Position numbers and translations under genes: made by a program. From positions 19,158,001 through 19,222,000 of the forward strand of contig OX597816.1 in assembly GCA_951406725.2 (NCBI GenBank): DNA of 64,000 nucleotides, given 5' to 3'. The notes beneath the pieces were generated by a model that was not told the DNA's origin, did no database searches, and was given only the letters and a program-made list of their open reading frames with translations. The DNA comes from Octopus vulgaris. Taxonomy: Eukaryota. Positions 26,565 to 39,289 of the stretch are shown here, piece by piece (positions within the stretch are counted from its first letter, which is position 1; every line of letters begins with the position of its first letter).

Positions 26565-27415
26565 ATTATATATGAAAAAAAGGTTTGAAAATGCAATTTA
26601 AACGATGTTTATTTACTTAACCGGTTTCACTCTTTGGTAAAAGATTCTCAAAAGTAACATTGAATATTATGGGTTCAAAAAAGTTTTTTACATAATTGTC
26701 ACATTGAATATTATGAATTCAAAAATGTTTTTTTATACATAATTGTCACATTACATGTATAAATATAGTATAAAAAAGTTCAATAGTGTGATGAGAATAT
26801 TTGGAAAAATTGGCAGAAAAGAATAAAACAAATATATTATTGGAAATTTGGTTGCGTTAATTATTGGTTGTCGCAAATTGTCACATTACATGTATATATA
26901 TACAGTATTTGGTAGAAAGGACATGTTAAAGACATAAGGAAGTGTAATAGTTTGGTGAGAAAGCTTGTAATATTGACAGAGAAAATTAAAATGGATATTT
27001 TAGACATCTCAGAATATTTTGAATCGAAGGCGAGAATTTGTTTTTTACTGACCTGTTTGTTTTAGCAGAAAAGTTGAATTGAGAGAAAAAAAGATATGTA
27101 CCCAGTTTGGTTTATACTTCCCCTTCAAGCATCAGTGATTTTGGAGTTATTGGGAGGTGAGTATGCGGGTGTGAATAGATGTGTCAGTGTGCCTGCTGGT
27201 CAGACAGCGTCTGTTTGTCACACACATATATACACACACACACAACAATAATACACACACACACATAGTATACAAACACGCACCACATACACACAACACA
27301 CACACACAGAACACACACACACACAACGCACCCACATATATAATATATACACACAGCACACACATATAACATGTATTTATATATAATATACACACATATA
27401 TAACACATACTCACA

Positions 27416-27447
<32 letters not shown>

Positions 27448-28214
27448 CACACGCACACATATATACATAATATAAATATCACATACAATACACATACACA
27501 GCATGTATATAATACACATACACAATATATGCATGCAATATACATACGCAATACATACATATAATATATATATATATAGACAATGCATATACATATATAC
27601 ATATATACATATAAATAGTGTTTACATACACATACATAGATATACCACATATACACACAATATACATACATACAATGCATACACATACACGTACGCATAC
27701 ATATAATATATATAGACACACACACACATAACATACATACACAATGCATATATATATATACACGCAACGTATATACATGTATTCATGTATATATAGCACA
27801 CCTACAATATACATATATACAATGCACACATACACACATATATACACTTAATTGTACACATACATTTACAATACACATACATACAATATACATATACACA
27901 ATGCGCATGCAAATAATGCACATGTCTATACACACATATACATGAAAATATATATACACACACACATATATATATATACACATATATATATATATACATA
28001 TACATACATACATACATGCACATACATATATTTTTTCACACACATACACACACATATATATATAAAATTCACACACACACCCACACACACAAAATACAAA
28101 CCTATAGCGTACACACTCAAATATATCTCTGTATACACACACACACACAAACAATGTACTCACATAAACACACATACCATGCATATACACACATACCATG
28201 CATATACACACACA

Positions 28215-28245
<31 letters not shown>

Positions 28246-28443
28246 AAAAAACAAATACACATGTAAATACATACACACGTACACAATGCTGACACACACA
28301 CACACACATACACACACACACGCACACAGTGCACACACACACACACATATATACACACGTGCACACACACACAACGCGCGCACACACACACACATACACA
28401 CACGCATACAGTGCACACACACACACACACACATACATATACA
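26565..28443 (-). repeat. Left arm of ~1.9 kb inverted repeat
   Basis: Reverse complement of 29002-30884, including unique parts (e.g. cccttcaagcatcagtgattttgg vs ccaaaatcactgatgcttgaaggg), with scattered substitutions. Confidence 0.95.
26613..26657 (-). ncRNA. Minimal type I HHR, U3-A8 core variant
   Basis: Minus strand TTACTT-TTGAGAA-TCTTT-tacc-AAAGA-gt-GAAA-CCGG-TT-AAGTAA. Confidence 0.65.
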
Positions 28444-28447
28444 TACA

Positions 28448-28768
28448 TTCATCATAAAAAATAATTTCACGTGCGCATCAAAAAATTTACTCTACGTCAT
28501 AAGGTGTGAAGGATGCCACGAAGACTACATAGGGCAAACGAGCCTTACCCTCAGAGAAAGAATGACAGTTCACCGACAACAACTGAGGGACCCCTCCACA
28601 AGACAGATACCACTAAGTGGACACTTAGACCTTTGTGCACACAATAAGTCCCCCAAATTCTTAGTCTTCCCACTATACCAATGCTCGGACAACACCACAG
28701 ACCAAACACGAATAAATAAGGAAAGTAATATTATTCAAAAATACAGACCACAACTAAACATACTCTAA
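28448..28768 (+). CDS. GIY-YIG endonuclease domain of a PLE ORF (5'-truncated, no true start)
   Basis: FTCASKNLLYVIRCEGCHEDYIGQTSLTLRERMTVHRQQ..LSGHLDLC..INKESNIIQKYRPQLN: LLY..YIG motif, catalytic R and E, terminal LN, and CxxC..H..H zinc motif as in Neptune-like PLEs. Confidence 0.9.
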   Translation, partial: FIIKNNFTCASKNLLYVIRCEGCHEDYIGQTSLTLRERMTVHRQQLRDPSTRQIPLSGHLDLCAHNKSPKFLVFPLYQCSDNTTDQTRINKESNIIQKYRPQLNIL

Positions 28769-29001
28769 CATACCCCCTGGGCACACATCCAGAGCAAGCA
28801 CACAGGGGCACGCGCACACTCACAGCATATCGTGCGGGCGGGCACATGCTCGCATCGGCACGCATAGGACACACTAGCGGGCACTGACCGCACACATACG
28901 TGGCACGCACACGCATGCATTATATATATGTAGGTTATGTATGTGTGTGAGTGTTGTGTGTGTGTGTGTGAGTGTGCACGTTGTGTGTGTGTGTGCGCGT
29001 G

Positions 29002-29189
29002 TGTATATGTATGTGTGTGTGTGTGTGCACTGTATGCGTGTGTGTATGTGTGTGTGTGTGCGCGCGTTGTGTGTGTGTGCACGTGTGTATATATGTGTGT
29101 GTGTGCACTGTGTGCGTGTGTCTGTGTATGTGTGTGTGTGTGTGTCAGCATTGTGTACGTGTGGATGTATTTACATGTGTATTTGTTTT

Positions 29190-29224
<35 letters not shown>

Positions 29225-29990
29225 TGTGTGTGTATATGCATGGTATGTGTGTATATGCATGGTATGTGTGTATATGTGAGTACATTGTTTGTGTGTGTGT
29301 GCGGTATGTAGAGATATATTTGAGTGTGTACGCTATATGTTTGCATTTTGTGTGTGTGGGTGTGTGTGTGAATTTTATATATATATGTGTGTGTATGTGT
29401 GTGAAAAAATATATGTATGTGCATGTATGTATGTATGTATATGTATATATATATATGTGTATATATATATATGTGTGTGTGTATATATATTTTCATGTAT
29501 ATGTGTGTATAGACATGTGCATTATTTGCATGCGCATTGTGTATATGTATATTGTATGTATGTGTATTGTATATGTATGTGTACAATTAAGTGTATATAT
29601 GTGTGTATGTGTGCATTGTATATATGTATATTGTAGGTGTGCTATATATACATGAATACATGTATATACGTTGCGTGTATATATATATATGCATTGTGTA
29701 TGTATGTTATGTGTGTGTGTGTCTATATATATTATATGTATGCGTACGTGTATGTGTATGCATTGTATGTATGTATATTGTGTGTATATGTGGTATATCT
29801 ATGTATGTGTATGTAAACACTATTTATATGTATATATGTATATATGTATATGCATTGTCTATATATATATATATTATATGTATGTATTGCGTATGTATAT
29901 TGCATGCATATATTGTGTATGTGTATTATATACATGCTGTGTATGTGTATTGTATGTGATATTTATATTATGTATATATGTGTGCGTGTG

Positions 29991-30029
<39 letters not shown>

Positions 30030-30874
30030 GTGTGAGTATGTGTTATATATGTGTGTATATTATATATAAATACATGTTATATTTGTGTGCTGTGTGTATA
30101 TATTATATATGTGGGTGCGTTGTGTGTGTGTGTGTGTTCTGTGTGTGTGTGTTGTGTGTATGTGGTGTGTGTTTGTATACTATGTGTGTGTGTGTATTGT
30201 TGTTGTGTGTGTGTGTGTGTATATATGTGTGTGACAAACAGACGCTGTCTGACCAGCAGGCACACGGACACATCTATTCACACCCGCATAATCACCTCCC
30301 AATAACCCCAAAATCACTGATGCTTGAAGGGGAAGTATAAACCAAACTGGGTACATATCTTTTTTTCTCTCAATTCAACTTTTCTGCTAAAACAAACAGG
30401 TCAGTAAAAAACAAATTCTCGCCTTCGATTCAAAATATTCTGAGATGTCTAAAATATCCATTTTAATTTTCTCTGTCAATATTACAAGCTTTCTCACCAA
30501 ACTATTACACTTCCTTATGTCTTTAACATGTCCTTTCTACCAAAGACTGTATATATATACATGTAATGTGACAATTTGCGACAACCAATAATTAACGCAA
30601 CCAAATTTCCAATAATATATTTGTTTTATTCTTTTCTGCCAATTTTTCCAAATATTCTCATCACACTATTGAACTTTTTTATACTATATTTATACATGTA
30701 ATGTGACAATTACGTATAAAAAAACATTTTTGAATTCATAATATTCAATGTGACAATTATGTAAAAAACTTTTTTTGAACCCATAATATTCAATGTTTCT
30801 TTTGACAATCTTTTACCAAAGAGTGAAACCGGTTAAGTAAATAAACATCGTTTAAATTGCATTTTCAAACCTTT

Positions 30875-30884
<10 letters not shown>
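29002..30884 (+). repeat. Right arm of ~1.9 kb inverted repeat (PLE 3' UTR/pLTR)
   Basis: About 1.2 kb of irregular TG/TA alternation, then ~650 bp unique sequence with HHR and AATAAA. Confidence 0.95.
30796..30840 (+). ncRNA. Minimal type I HHR, U3-A8 core variant
   Basis: TTTCTT-TTGACAA-TCTTT-tacc-AAAGA-gt-GAAA-CCGG-TT-AAGTAA. Within the core it differs from the left copy only at N7. Confidence 0.6.
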
Positions 30885-30938
<54 letters not shown>

Positions 30939-31006
30939 TCTTTGACTGCTATTTCTAAATTCGGTGTGTTGGTGAGGCAATTCGTTGCTAAACCCTTAAT
31001 TACTTA

Positions 31007-31075
<69 letters not shown>

Positions 31076-31111
31076 ATATATACTTTATTTAAAAGCAGCA
31101 ACAATATAACA

Positions 31112-31157
31112 AAAACTGTTACTCAGCGTTTCACTTTCCCGTTCGTCGGACAGTTTT
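31112..31157 (-). ncRNA. Type I HHR, U4C core variant
   Basis: Minus strand AAAACTGT-CCGACGA-AC-gggaaa-GT-GAAA-C-gctga-G-TA-ACAGTTTT. Confidence 0.7.
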
Positions 31158-31170
31158 GTTAAATTAGAAC

Positions 31171-31217
31171 AAAACTGTCCGACAAACGGAAACGTGAAAC
31201 TTTGAGTAACAGCTTTT
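31171..31217 (+). ncRNA. Type I HHR, U4C variant with G8A change (probably inactive)
   Basis: AAAACTGT-CCGACAA-ACGGAAACGT-GAAA-C-tttga-G-TA-ACAGCTTTT. Confidence 0.6.
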
Positions 31218-31316
31218 GTTATATTTCTGCTGCTTTTAAACAAAGCATATTACTCTACCTCTGGTATTTGAGTACTCTTTTTCCCACCTTGTTTCACAAG
31301 TATGTACTTACTACGG

Positions 31317-31352
<36 letters not shown>

Positions 31353-31359
31353 TTCATAA

Positions 31360-31437
<78 letters not shown>

Positions 31438-31564
31438 TATATTGAGGGTACTACTATTCGTAGATACCATACGCTAAGAGGGACCAATGCGGTCAAAACT
31501 ACTAAAATAAACAAAATTTTACCGAATGCAAAACTTCAAAGCAAATCATTTAAAAAAGAATTTA

Positions 31565-31628
31565 GTTACATATCACCTGTGATTTCGCAATTAATGCAGA
31601 ATATGCATTCCATGTTCATCAGTGCAAC
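31565..31628 (-). ncRNA. Type I HHR, canonical core (inverted copy)
   Basis: Reverse complement of 31733-31796. Confidence 0.85.
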
Positions 31629-31732
31629 AAGCTCAAGATATATAAGGATAAACATTCGTACATGCTTCGACGAATTCTACAGTTGGCTATCGAGTTTGTA
31701 ACGTTATGTTTTTTCTTATATATCTTGAGTTT

Positions 31733-31796
31733 GTTGCACTGATGAACATGGAATGCATATTCTGCATTAATTGCGAAATCACAGGTGATATGTAAC
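31733..31796 (+). ncRNA. Type I HHR, canonical core
   Basis: GTTGCA-CTGATGA-[stem II containing AATGCA-tattc-TGCATT]-GAAA-TCAC-ag-GTGA-TA-TGTAAC; AUA cleavage triplet ends at 31790. Confidence 0.85.
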
Positions 31797-32033
31797 TAAA
31801 TTCTTTTTTAAATGATTTGCTTTGAAGTTTTGCATTCGGTAAAATTTTGTTTATTTTAGTAGTTTTGACCGCATTGGTCCCTCTTAGCGTATGGTATCTA
31901 CGAATAGTAGTACCCTCAATATAATATAAATAAATATTTTCAAAGTGGAAAAATTTACGGATTTTTTCTCTTACTAGGTTTTTAACGTTAACTACTGATA
32001 ATTTCTTTCAAAGATTTTATCCTCAATTGTTAA

Positions 32034-32080
<47 letters not shown>

Positions 32081-33817
32081 CCTCATTACTTTTCTGCGTG
32101 GTATTCAGGTCCACGATGTATTTCTTTTCTGACACGACTTATAAGCTTGCTGTGTTTTAGAAGAGCGGCATTATAATGACTCAATGTATCGCAACATGTG
32201 CATTACTGGTATAAAACCTATTTGTCAAAGAGAAAGGCAAATGACATAAGTACTCAGAATCCCACCACGCCGAGTAAAGAGATTAAAATATTTGAAATAT
32301 TAAATATAAAATAATATATAAAGCTTAAGCTATATTCGTTCCCTTTCAAAATGTTTCCAAATTTATTTGTCAACATTTGCAATAAAAATTTCACCGAACA
32401 CACTAAATCTACAATATATTTGTGGCGCCCCTATAAATAGACATTTAATGTAAAACATTGAAATGTAAAACATTGAATACTTAGAGCGTTGAATGTAAGG
32501 TCTTATTAAGTAAGCACTCTATACAAATTAAGTGCCACTGCGTTTTAGATGAATTACATAAATTCATTTATCATATTTGACTTCTTCGAGATGACCACGA
32601 GTATTTATTTGCATGTCAAATGAAATTACACTGTAGCAATCTACTGCATGTTGCCATGCAATGATTCAGTTTGCTTTATCATGTTTTGTATGCTTATCGT
32701 AATGATCCGCAGAATTACACACCATTCACTATAAATTCCATTTATCACTATAAATTGCTTATATTTACATGAAAATTCTCTAGACATTTACATTTCTCTA
32801 ACGTAGTTCATACTTCTAATATCTTTAGAGATACCATATAAGTTACTTATATGACATCATACAAGTTGTCTGCACACGTATTGAATATGATCTAACACTG
32901 AAATAATAGTAGATAGCTTGTAATTCATTGCAATATTTGTATCTCCTTTATTACAATTACGTACACCTCTATATATAACACAAAGCCCCCCCCCCCACTG
33001 TTATTCCTTTCTCCTCTCATTTATCGTGAGTGTAAAGTTTGTTCTCTCTACAATAACACTGCACATTAAATATTCGAACAATGATAGCAATTACAAATGA
33101 GGAGCCAAAGTAATATCTTAATATGTAATATTTGTGTGTTAAAGTTTCATATTACTGCATAATTTAGCTCAATTTTTACTTTACCGTACGCGAGGATAAA
33201 ATAAAGCATATTCACTTTTATGTCTTTATATATATTTATAGCATGCCGAAAACTCTAAGGTATATTGGTTTTTTGAACTAAATGACATGAATTTTATTTT
33301 TACCCTAATAAATTGTAACATCTCCACTTTGGTTAGTAAATTTAATTAGGCTATCCTATTCCACAAAAAATCAACAAACACACTTCTAGAATTTCATAGA
33401 GAACTGCGCAATATATAATTGTGGGTGATGGTTTCAAGACATGCGAGCATTTTTCTATATAAAAATATGGATTCCTCTTTCTTGAATGTCATTTTGTATA
33501 CATTTTATTGCAAAAGCTATGTAGTAAAAATGATTTTCTTTAACACGAATGATATTTCGGCATAATTTAGGCAAAATTGGTCCTAAAGAATCAAAATCTT
33601 TAATCCTGTTTATTCATTATTAGCTCTGAGAAAATACAGGTAGTTCACAAGTTCGTGTAAAATCCTCATTCCGTCATCGACTGCTTCTCATCGTCAGAAA
33701 TATAATTATCGCAGCCCGATTTTACATTATTTAAGGAGTTGATTCTCTTGTTTCAGACAGGGTGAATGGTTATTAATATTATTAATATTAAGGCGGCGCT
33801 TAATATTATTAATATTA

Positions 33818-34047
33818 AGGCGGCGAGCTGGCAGAAACGTTAGCACGCCGGGCGAAATGTTTAGCGGTATTTCGTCTGCGTTACGTTGTGAGTTCAAATT
33901 CCGCCGAGGTCGACTTTGCCTTTCATCTTTCGGGGTCGATAAATTAAGTACCAGTTACGCACTGGGGTCGATGTAATCGACTTAATACCTATGTCTGTCC
34001 TTGTTTGTCCCCTCTGTGTTTAGCCCCTTGTGGGTAATAAAGATACA
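33818..34047 (+). mobile_element. SINE group B
   Basis: Full monomer; TSD ggttattaatatta. Confidence 0.9.
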
Positions 34048-34346
34048 GGTTATTAATATTAGGAATACCTCTTGATTGGGAAGCAAACTTCTTATCACAC
34101 AGACACTGCCTTCAGTATTTATAGATAAGGGCACCAAACTATTTTGAATGATTTCCCAACGTTTGTGGGTAGGTTTGGAACTGTGACATTTTGCAAAATT
34201 TTGGTTGCAAATTCTATTTCGAAATTTCATTATTACACACAAATATATTTTAAAATAAGATCTTAAACATGTTTTCTTAGTCCCGATATGGCAATAACAT
34301 CGTCGTGGGAGTAATACATTACGTGGCACTATGAGGAAATGTCTAT

Positions 34347-34750
34347 AGGTACAAGCGAGTCTGTGTGGTAAGAAGTTTACTTCCTAACCAAAAAGCTATG
34401 GGTTCAATCTCACAGTATAGTAGCTCGGGCAATTATATTCTCTTATAGCCGCATGCTGTCCAGAGCCCTGTAAGTAAATTTGGTAGAGAGGAATTGAAAA
34501 AAGCCCGACTCATATATCTATATATCTATGTGGTTTCTTTGTGTCTCTGTTTACATCGCCCACCCCGCTTGAGAACCGGTGTTGGTGCAATTATGTTTCC
34601 GTAACGGAACGGTTCTGCAAAAGAAGCGATAGAATAAGAACCGGGCTTCAAAAATTAAGAACTAAGGTCGATACACTTGACTAAACCGTCTTCAAGGCGA
34701 CGCACCACTATGGCCGCCGTCTAACGACTGAAACAAATAAAAGATAAACG
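34347..34750 (+). mobile_element. SINE group A, old divergent copy
   Basis: Collinear with the adjacent younger copy. Confidence 0.7.
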
Positions 34751-34758
34751 ATAAACAT

Positions 34759-35140
34759 AGGCGTAGGAGTGGCTGTGTGGTAAGTAGCTTGTCTACCAAC
34801 CATATGGTTCCGGGTTCAGTCCCACTGCGTGGCACCTTGGGCAACTGTCTTCTACTATAGCCTTGGGCCGACCAAAGCCTTGTGAGTGGATTTGGTAGAC
34901 GGAAACTGAAAGAAGCCTCTCGTATATATGTATATATGTATATATGCGTGTGTGTGTTTGTGTGTCGGTGTTTGTCCCTTAGTGTTTATGTCCCCGTTAC
35001 TTAGCGGTTCGGTAAAAGAATTCGATAGAATAAGTACTCGGTTTACAAAAGAATAAGTCCCGGGGTCGAGTTGCTCGATTAAAGGCGGTGCTCCAGCATG
35101 GCCGCAGTCAAATGAATGAAACAAGTAACAGAGTAAAAGA
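34759..35140 (+). mobile_element. SINE group A
   Basis: AGGCGTAGGAGTGGCTGTGTGG..GGTTCAGTCCC..GCACCTTGGGCAA..tail. Confidence 0.9.
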
Positions 35141-35275
35141 GTTAAAGAGAGATAAGAAGATGCAAAACGAGACATTCCATTACTGCAACTACGTCCTCAA
35201 CATCTACCTGCGCGTTTGAAATGACATATCAAGCAAAACAGTTTTCGCGACTATATGTCCGTTTACTAGTGTTCT

Positions 35276-35872
35276 TATTTCTTTAGTTCCCACAGGGGGC
35301 TAAGCATAGAGGGGACATACAAGGACAGACAAGGGGATTAGATCGATTACATCGACCCCAGTGCGTAACTTGTTCTTATTTAATCGACCCCGAAAAGATG
35401 AAAGGCAAGGTCGACCTCGGCGGAATTTGAACTCAGAACTTAACGGCAGACGAAATACCAATTTCTTTATTACCCACAAGGGGCTAAGCATAGAGGGGAT
35501 AAACAAGGGCAGACATAGGTATTAAGTCGATTACATCGACCCCAGTGCGTAACTGGTACTTAATTATCGACCCCGAAAGTATGAAAGGCGAAGTATACCT
35601 CGGCGGAATTTGAACTCAGAACGTAACGGCAGACGAAATAACTATTTCTTTATTACCCACAAGGGGCTAAACACAGAGCGGACAAACAAGGACAGACATG
35701 GGTATTAAGTCGATTATATCGACCCCAGTGCGTAACTGGTACTTAATTTATCGACCCCGAAAAGATGAAAGGCAAAGTCGACCTCGGCGGAATTTGAACT
35801 CACAACGTAACGCAGACGAAATACCGCTAATCATTTCGCCCGGTGTGCTAACGATTCTGCCATCTCTCTGCC
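35276..35872 (-). mobile_element. SINE group B tandem trimer
   Basis: Three units inside TSD tactagtgttct (35264-35275 and 35873-35884). Confidence 0.9.
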
Positions 35873-36774
35873 TACTAGTGTTCTACAATAGAAACATATC
35901 AAATTTAAAAGACATATATTCTAACGCTTAGTTGAATTTGCATTCTTATCAACGAAGGCTTCCTTATATTCCTTTCTAACTCAATTTCGTTCACATTAAT
36001 TGTCTATCTTCTGTTGAGATCAGTTTCCGTAATTAACCATGGCTACCAGTTGCCTCCCTTTATTCACAGTTGAAGTCATTTGTTTTATTCAGAGTAGATA
36101 TAATATGAAGAAAATTCTCTTCGTATGTTTGTCTTTCTGTTTTCCCTTTTCCAATACAGTTATCTTATTGTCACTGAAAATGTTTTGAAAAAGAAATAGA
36201 TATTACAATCAAATATAACAATCTTAATTGACCTGGAGCCAAGACATAATCTACAAAAATAGCATCAGTCCCCTTTCGGGTAGTTTACCTAAATCCTGAA
36301 GAAATGATAATACGTTATATCATATACACTTTCCGTTTTTAAATCACAGGAAATACTTTTAGCAAGAACTGTAGATGCATCAAACCTAATTTGAGAGACA
36401 GATGTCTAGCGAATACATAAATAATATAAATAGTGGAAAATATAATATCCGTATCCATTCTAGTTATGATAACGCTATTTTAAATATTTACAGTTTTTAT
36501 CACTAGTAAAAAATAATTTTATATAGATAATCTCGAATATAAATGAAGTCGACTAAAACTATATTTAACTGTATTTAAATTCTAAACCCATTACTTTGTA
36601 ATATTTAAAGATTTTTAAATACGGATTTGGGCAATATGTTAAATAAGAGCTGATAAAGCTGTGTTGTTTAAGATGCTCGACTTGAAATCACGTGTTTTCG
36701 AGTTCAGCCCTAGTGTGGAGTACTTTAAGGGAGTAAATACTATAGCTCTGAGCAGACCAATTGTTTTTGAATAC

Positions 36775-37060
36775 ATTATCATCATTGTTCGACTGTGGTC
36801 GAGACAATAGAATTTACCATGCTACGCCAGACTTCACGGTCCTTCATGGCATTATGGAGGTCCTGTTGCTGGATGCCTGTATCCCTGGGGATTATATCAG
36901 GGTAGGAGAGTGTGCGCCCTCTGGTATTGCGAGTAGATGGCTTCCAGAGGAGAAGAGTAGAAAGTACTTCTTTTTCAGCTTTACAACAATGTCCAGCAAA
37001 CCGGACTCTCCTACCTTTCACAAGAGTCCTTTCCTTCCTTACCTTTTGAATACATTTGGC
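36775..37060 (-). mobile_element. RTE-clade LINE 3' end
   Basis: RRVRFAGHCCK..LLLWKPS..RGRTLSYPDII.RDTG..DLHNAMKDREVWR C-terminus with a short TGA tail. It interrupts an old group A SINE. Confidence 0.85.
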
Positions 37061-37404
37061 AGACGGAAAGTGTGTAGAAGCTTTCGTATACATACCCCTA
37101 CCGTGTTTCTGCAAATACCGCTTTGATTACATACCTGTTACAAGAAAATGTGAACAATAAACTAAATATTAAGCTAAAAGTAAATACCGGAATCTATTCG
37201 TTCAACTAAAAGTCTCTAAATTGTTCCCCAGTATGTTTGCTCTAGAAACACATAAAAGCTAACCGCTAGATGATGTGGCCCGTACATTCATTACGTCTAT
37301 CAATGTGGATCTTACAATGACAGAATCCATGTCATTTTGGTGATTATGCACTGTTTTGTTCTGCTCGTCATATGTTAAAAGTATAACAGCCTTATCAAAG
37401 ATAC

Positions 37405-37819
37405 TTACTCTTTTACTCTTTTACTTGTTTCAGTCATTTGACAGCGGCCATGCTGGAGCACCGCCTTTAGTCGAGAAAATCGACCCCGGGACTTATTCTT
37501 TGTAAGCCCAGTACTTATTATATCGGTCTCTTTGGCCGAACCGCTAAGTGACGGGGACGTAAACACACCAGCATCGGTTGTCAAGCAATGCTAGGGGGAC
37601 AAAGACAGACACACAAACACACACACATACATACATATATATATACATACATATATATACGACAGGCTTCTTTCAGTTTCCGTCTACCAAATCCACTCAG
37701 AAGGCATTGGTCGGCCCGGGGCTATACTAGAAGACACTTGCCCAAGATACCACGCAGTGGGACTGAACCCGGAACCATGTGGTTGGTTAGCAAGCTACTT
37801 ACCACACAGCCACTCCTAC
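37405..37819 (-). mobile_element. SINE group A, full length
   Basis: Near-identical to 50106-50535. Confidence 0.9.
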
Positions 37820-39289
37820 TTGGTGAATATACGGACGTAGAAGACTATATGAATTGACTTGTAAGATGTAATTCCAACATTAATATTCTGGATATAGTGA
37901 CAATTATATACAATTCAATTCACATAACTTATACAATATGGCATTCTTAGGAGAAGTATGGTAAACTGAAAGTTGCTAGCCCGTCGCATGAATTGTTCAG
38001 CAGAATTTGTTCCCTTTCTTAACGTTCTGGTTTCAAAAATCTCCAGGTGAATGTTGCCTTTCATCCATATCCCCTCAGACTTAGTGGCCTGATACCTGGC
38101 AACGGGCCGCCGTCCCAGGCAGGTTAGATTTTGTGATGTCGGTCACTTAAACACCATAGACACCGAGTAGCCGTTGTCATGGGTTCCTAAGATACCGGAA
38201 AATTTCCTAGTATATTTCTATACGCAAACTAATGCTTTAACTTATTTTACCTTTACTTTCCCTCGATTATATTTATTTTAACACATTTATTTCGTCCGTA
38301 AATACTATAAAATCACATACAAAAAATATTTTAAAAATAAATAAAAAGTATTGAATATTTCGCATTACTGCTTTTTATTTCGTATTTGTATTTCAGACAG
38401 ATATGCTTAAAACAGGGATTGAGGGGTGGGGAAATATTATTGATGAGGTCGGATCGCAAGTGGTACGAAAAGACTCGCACGAAGCTAGCTGACTCATGTT
38501 TTTCACCGATCAAGTTTTCAAATAAGTGGTTAGTTAAACAGCTGAAAATTTAACCAATGAATAATGAAAATAAACTGAAACAGGCACAGTGAATGTGTGT
38601 GCTATTGGCATAGTGACCCTCCCGACATATAACATATTTATTGTTTTTCTTAACCAGAACAGTCTGTAGAAAACTTCACTGACTCATACGAAAACCAATT
38701 GTATATTAATATATATTAGTTTTGACATCTTGTAGAGATTGCTCGGGAATATACTTGTGTATCATATTAAAATTCCTGTTCGTGAGAAGAATTATAACGC
38801 GTATATATAGTAAAATAGTTAATGGAAAGGTGCTGACATTTTATAACTAATGGAGCGTGTTATGATATGTAGCAGTGTAGTATGTCGACGCTTTTCTTTT
38901 CAAAGATAATGTTGGAATTAAATTTCCTTTCATAATTTTTAAAATAAATAACCAGTTAGAATGAATAAATAATTTGAATATTGCTACATATTTCATGTGA
39001 AAAAATGGTATATATTGCAAACATCAGTTTGCAACTTCAAAATAATTTAAATCTTTTGATTCTGACTTTAAATCTCCGGTTGTTAGAATTTCGTGTTTCA
39101 TCGAGGCAAGCGATTCGAAATTTTAGTGAACAAATATGAATGCATATATATCTACGAAAATAATATAGGACAGTTGGGTTGAATCTCTACGCGAAGATAA
39201 TATTAGTCAGTGTTGTTTGAAGGACGAAGTTCTAAAAGGCATGCTTGATATCGAGTGGTAGACAGAAAAGATTATAAAATAAAATAGTC

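Larger units (their letters stand above)
31079..31318 (+). mobile_element. Short PLE pLTR fold-back in (TA)n
   Basis: Arms 31079-31160 and 31168-31250 around a 7-nt loop, then a ~65 bp tail and (TA)n. Confidence 0.75.
31435..32038 (+). mobile_element. PLE pLTR fold-back in (TA)n, young
   Basis: Arms 31435-31646 and 31715-31927 are almost perfectly complementary. A ~110 bp tail and (TA)n follow. Confidence 0.8.

Noticed and set aside
28286-28447. N-terminal His/Thr-rich extension of the GIY-YIG ORF
   Set aside because: It is the inverted (CA)n arm read in frame by chance. The ATG at 28286 lies in low-complexity sequence, so a translated fusion is unsupported.
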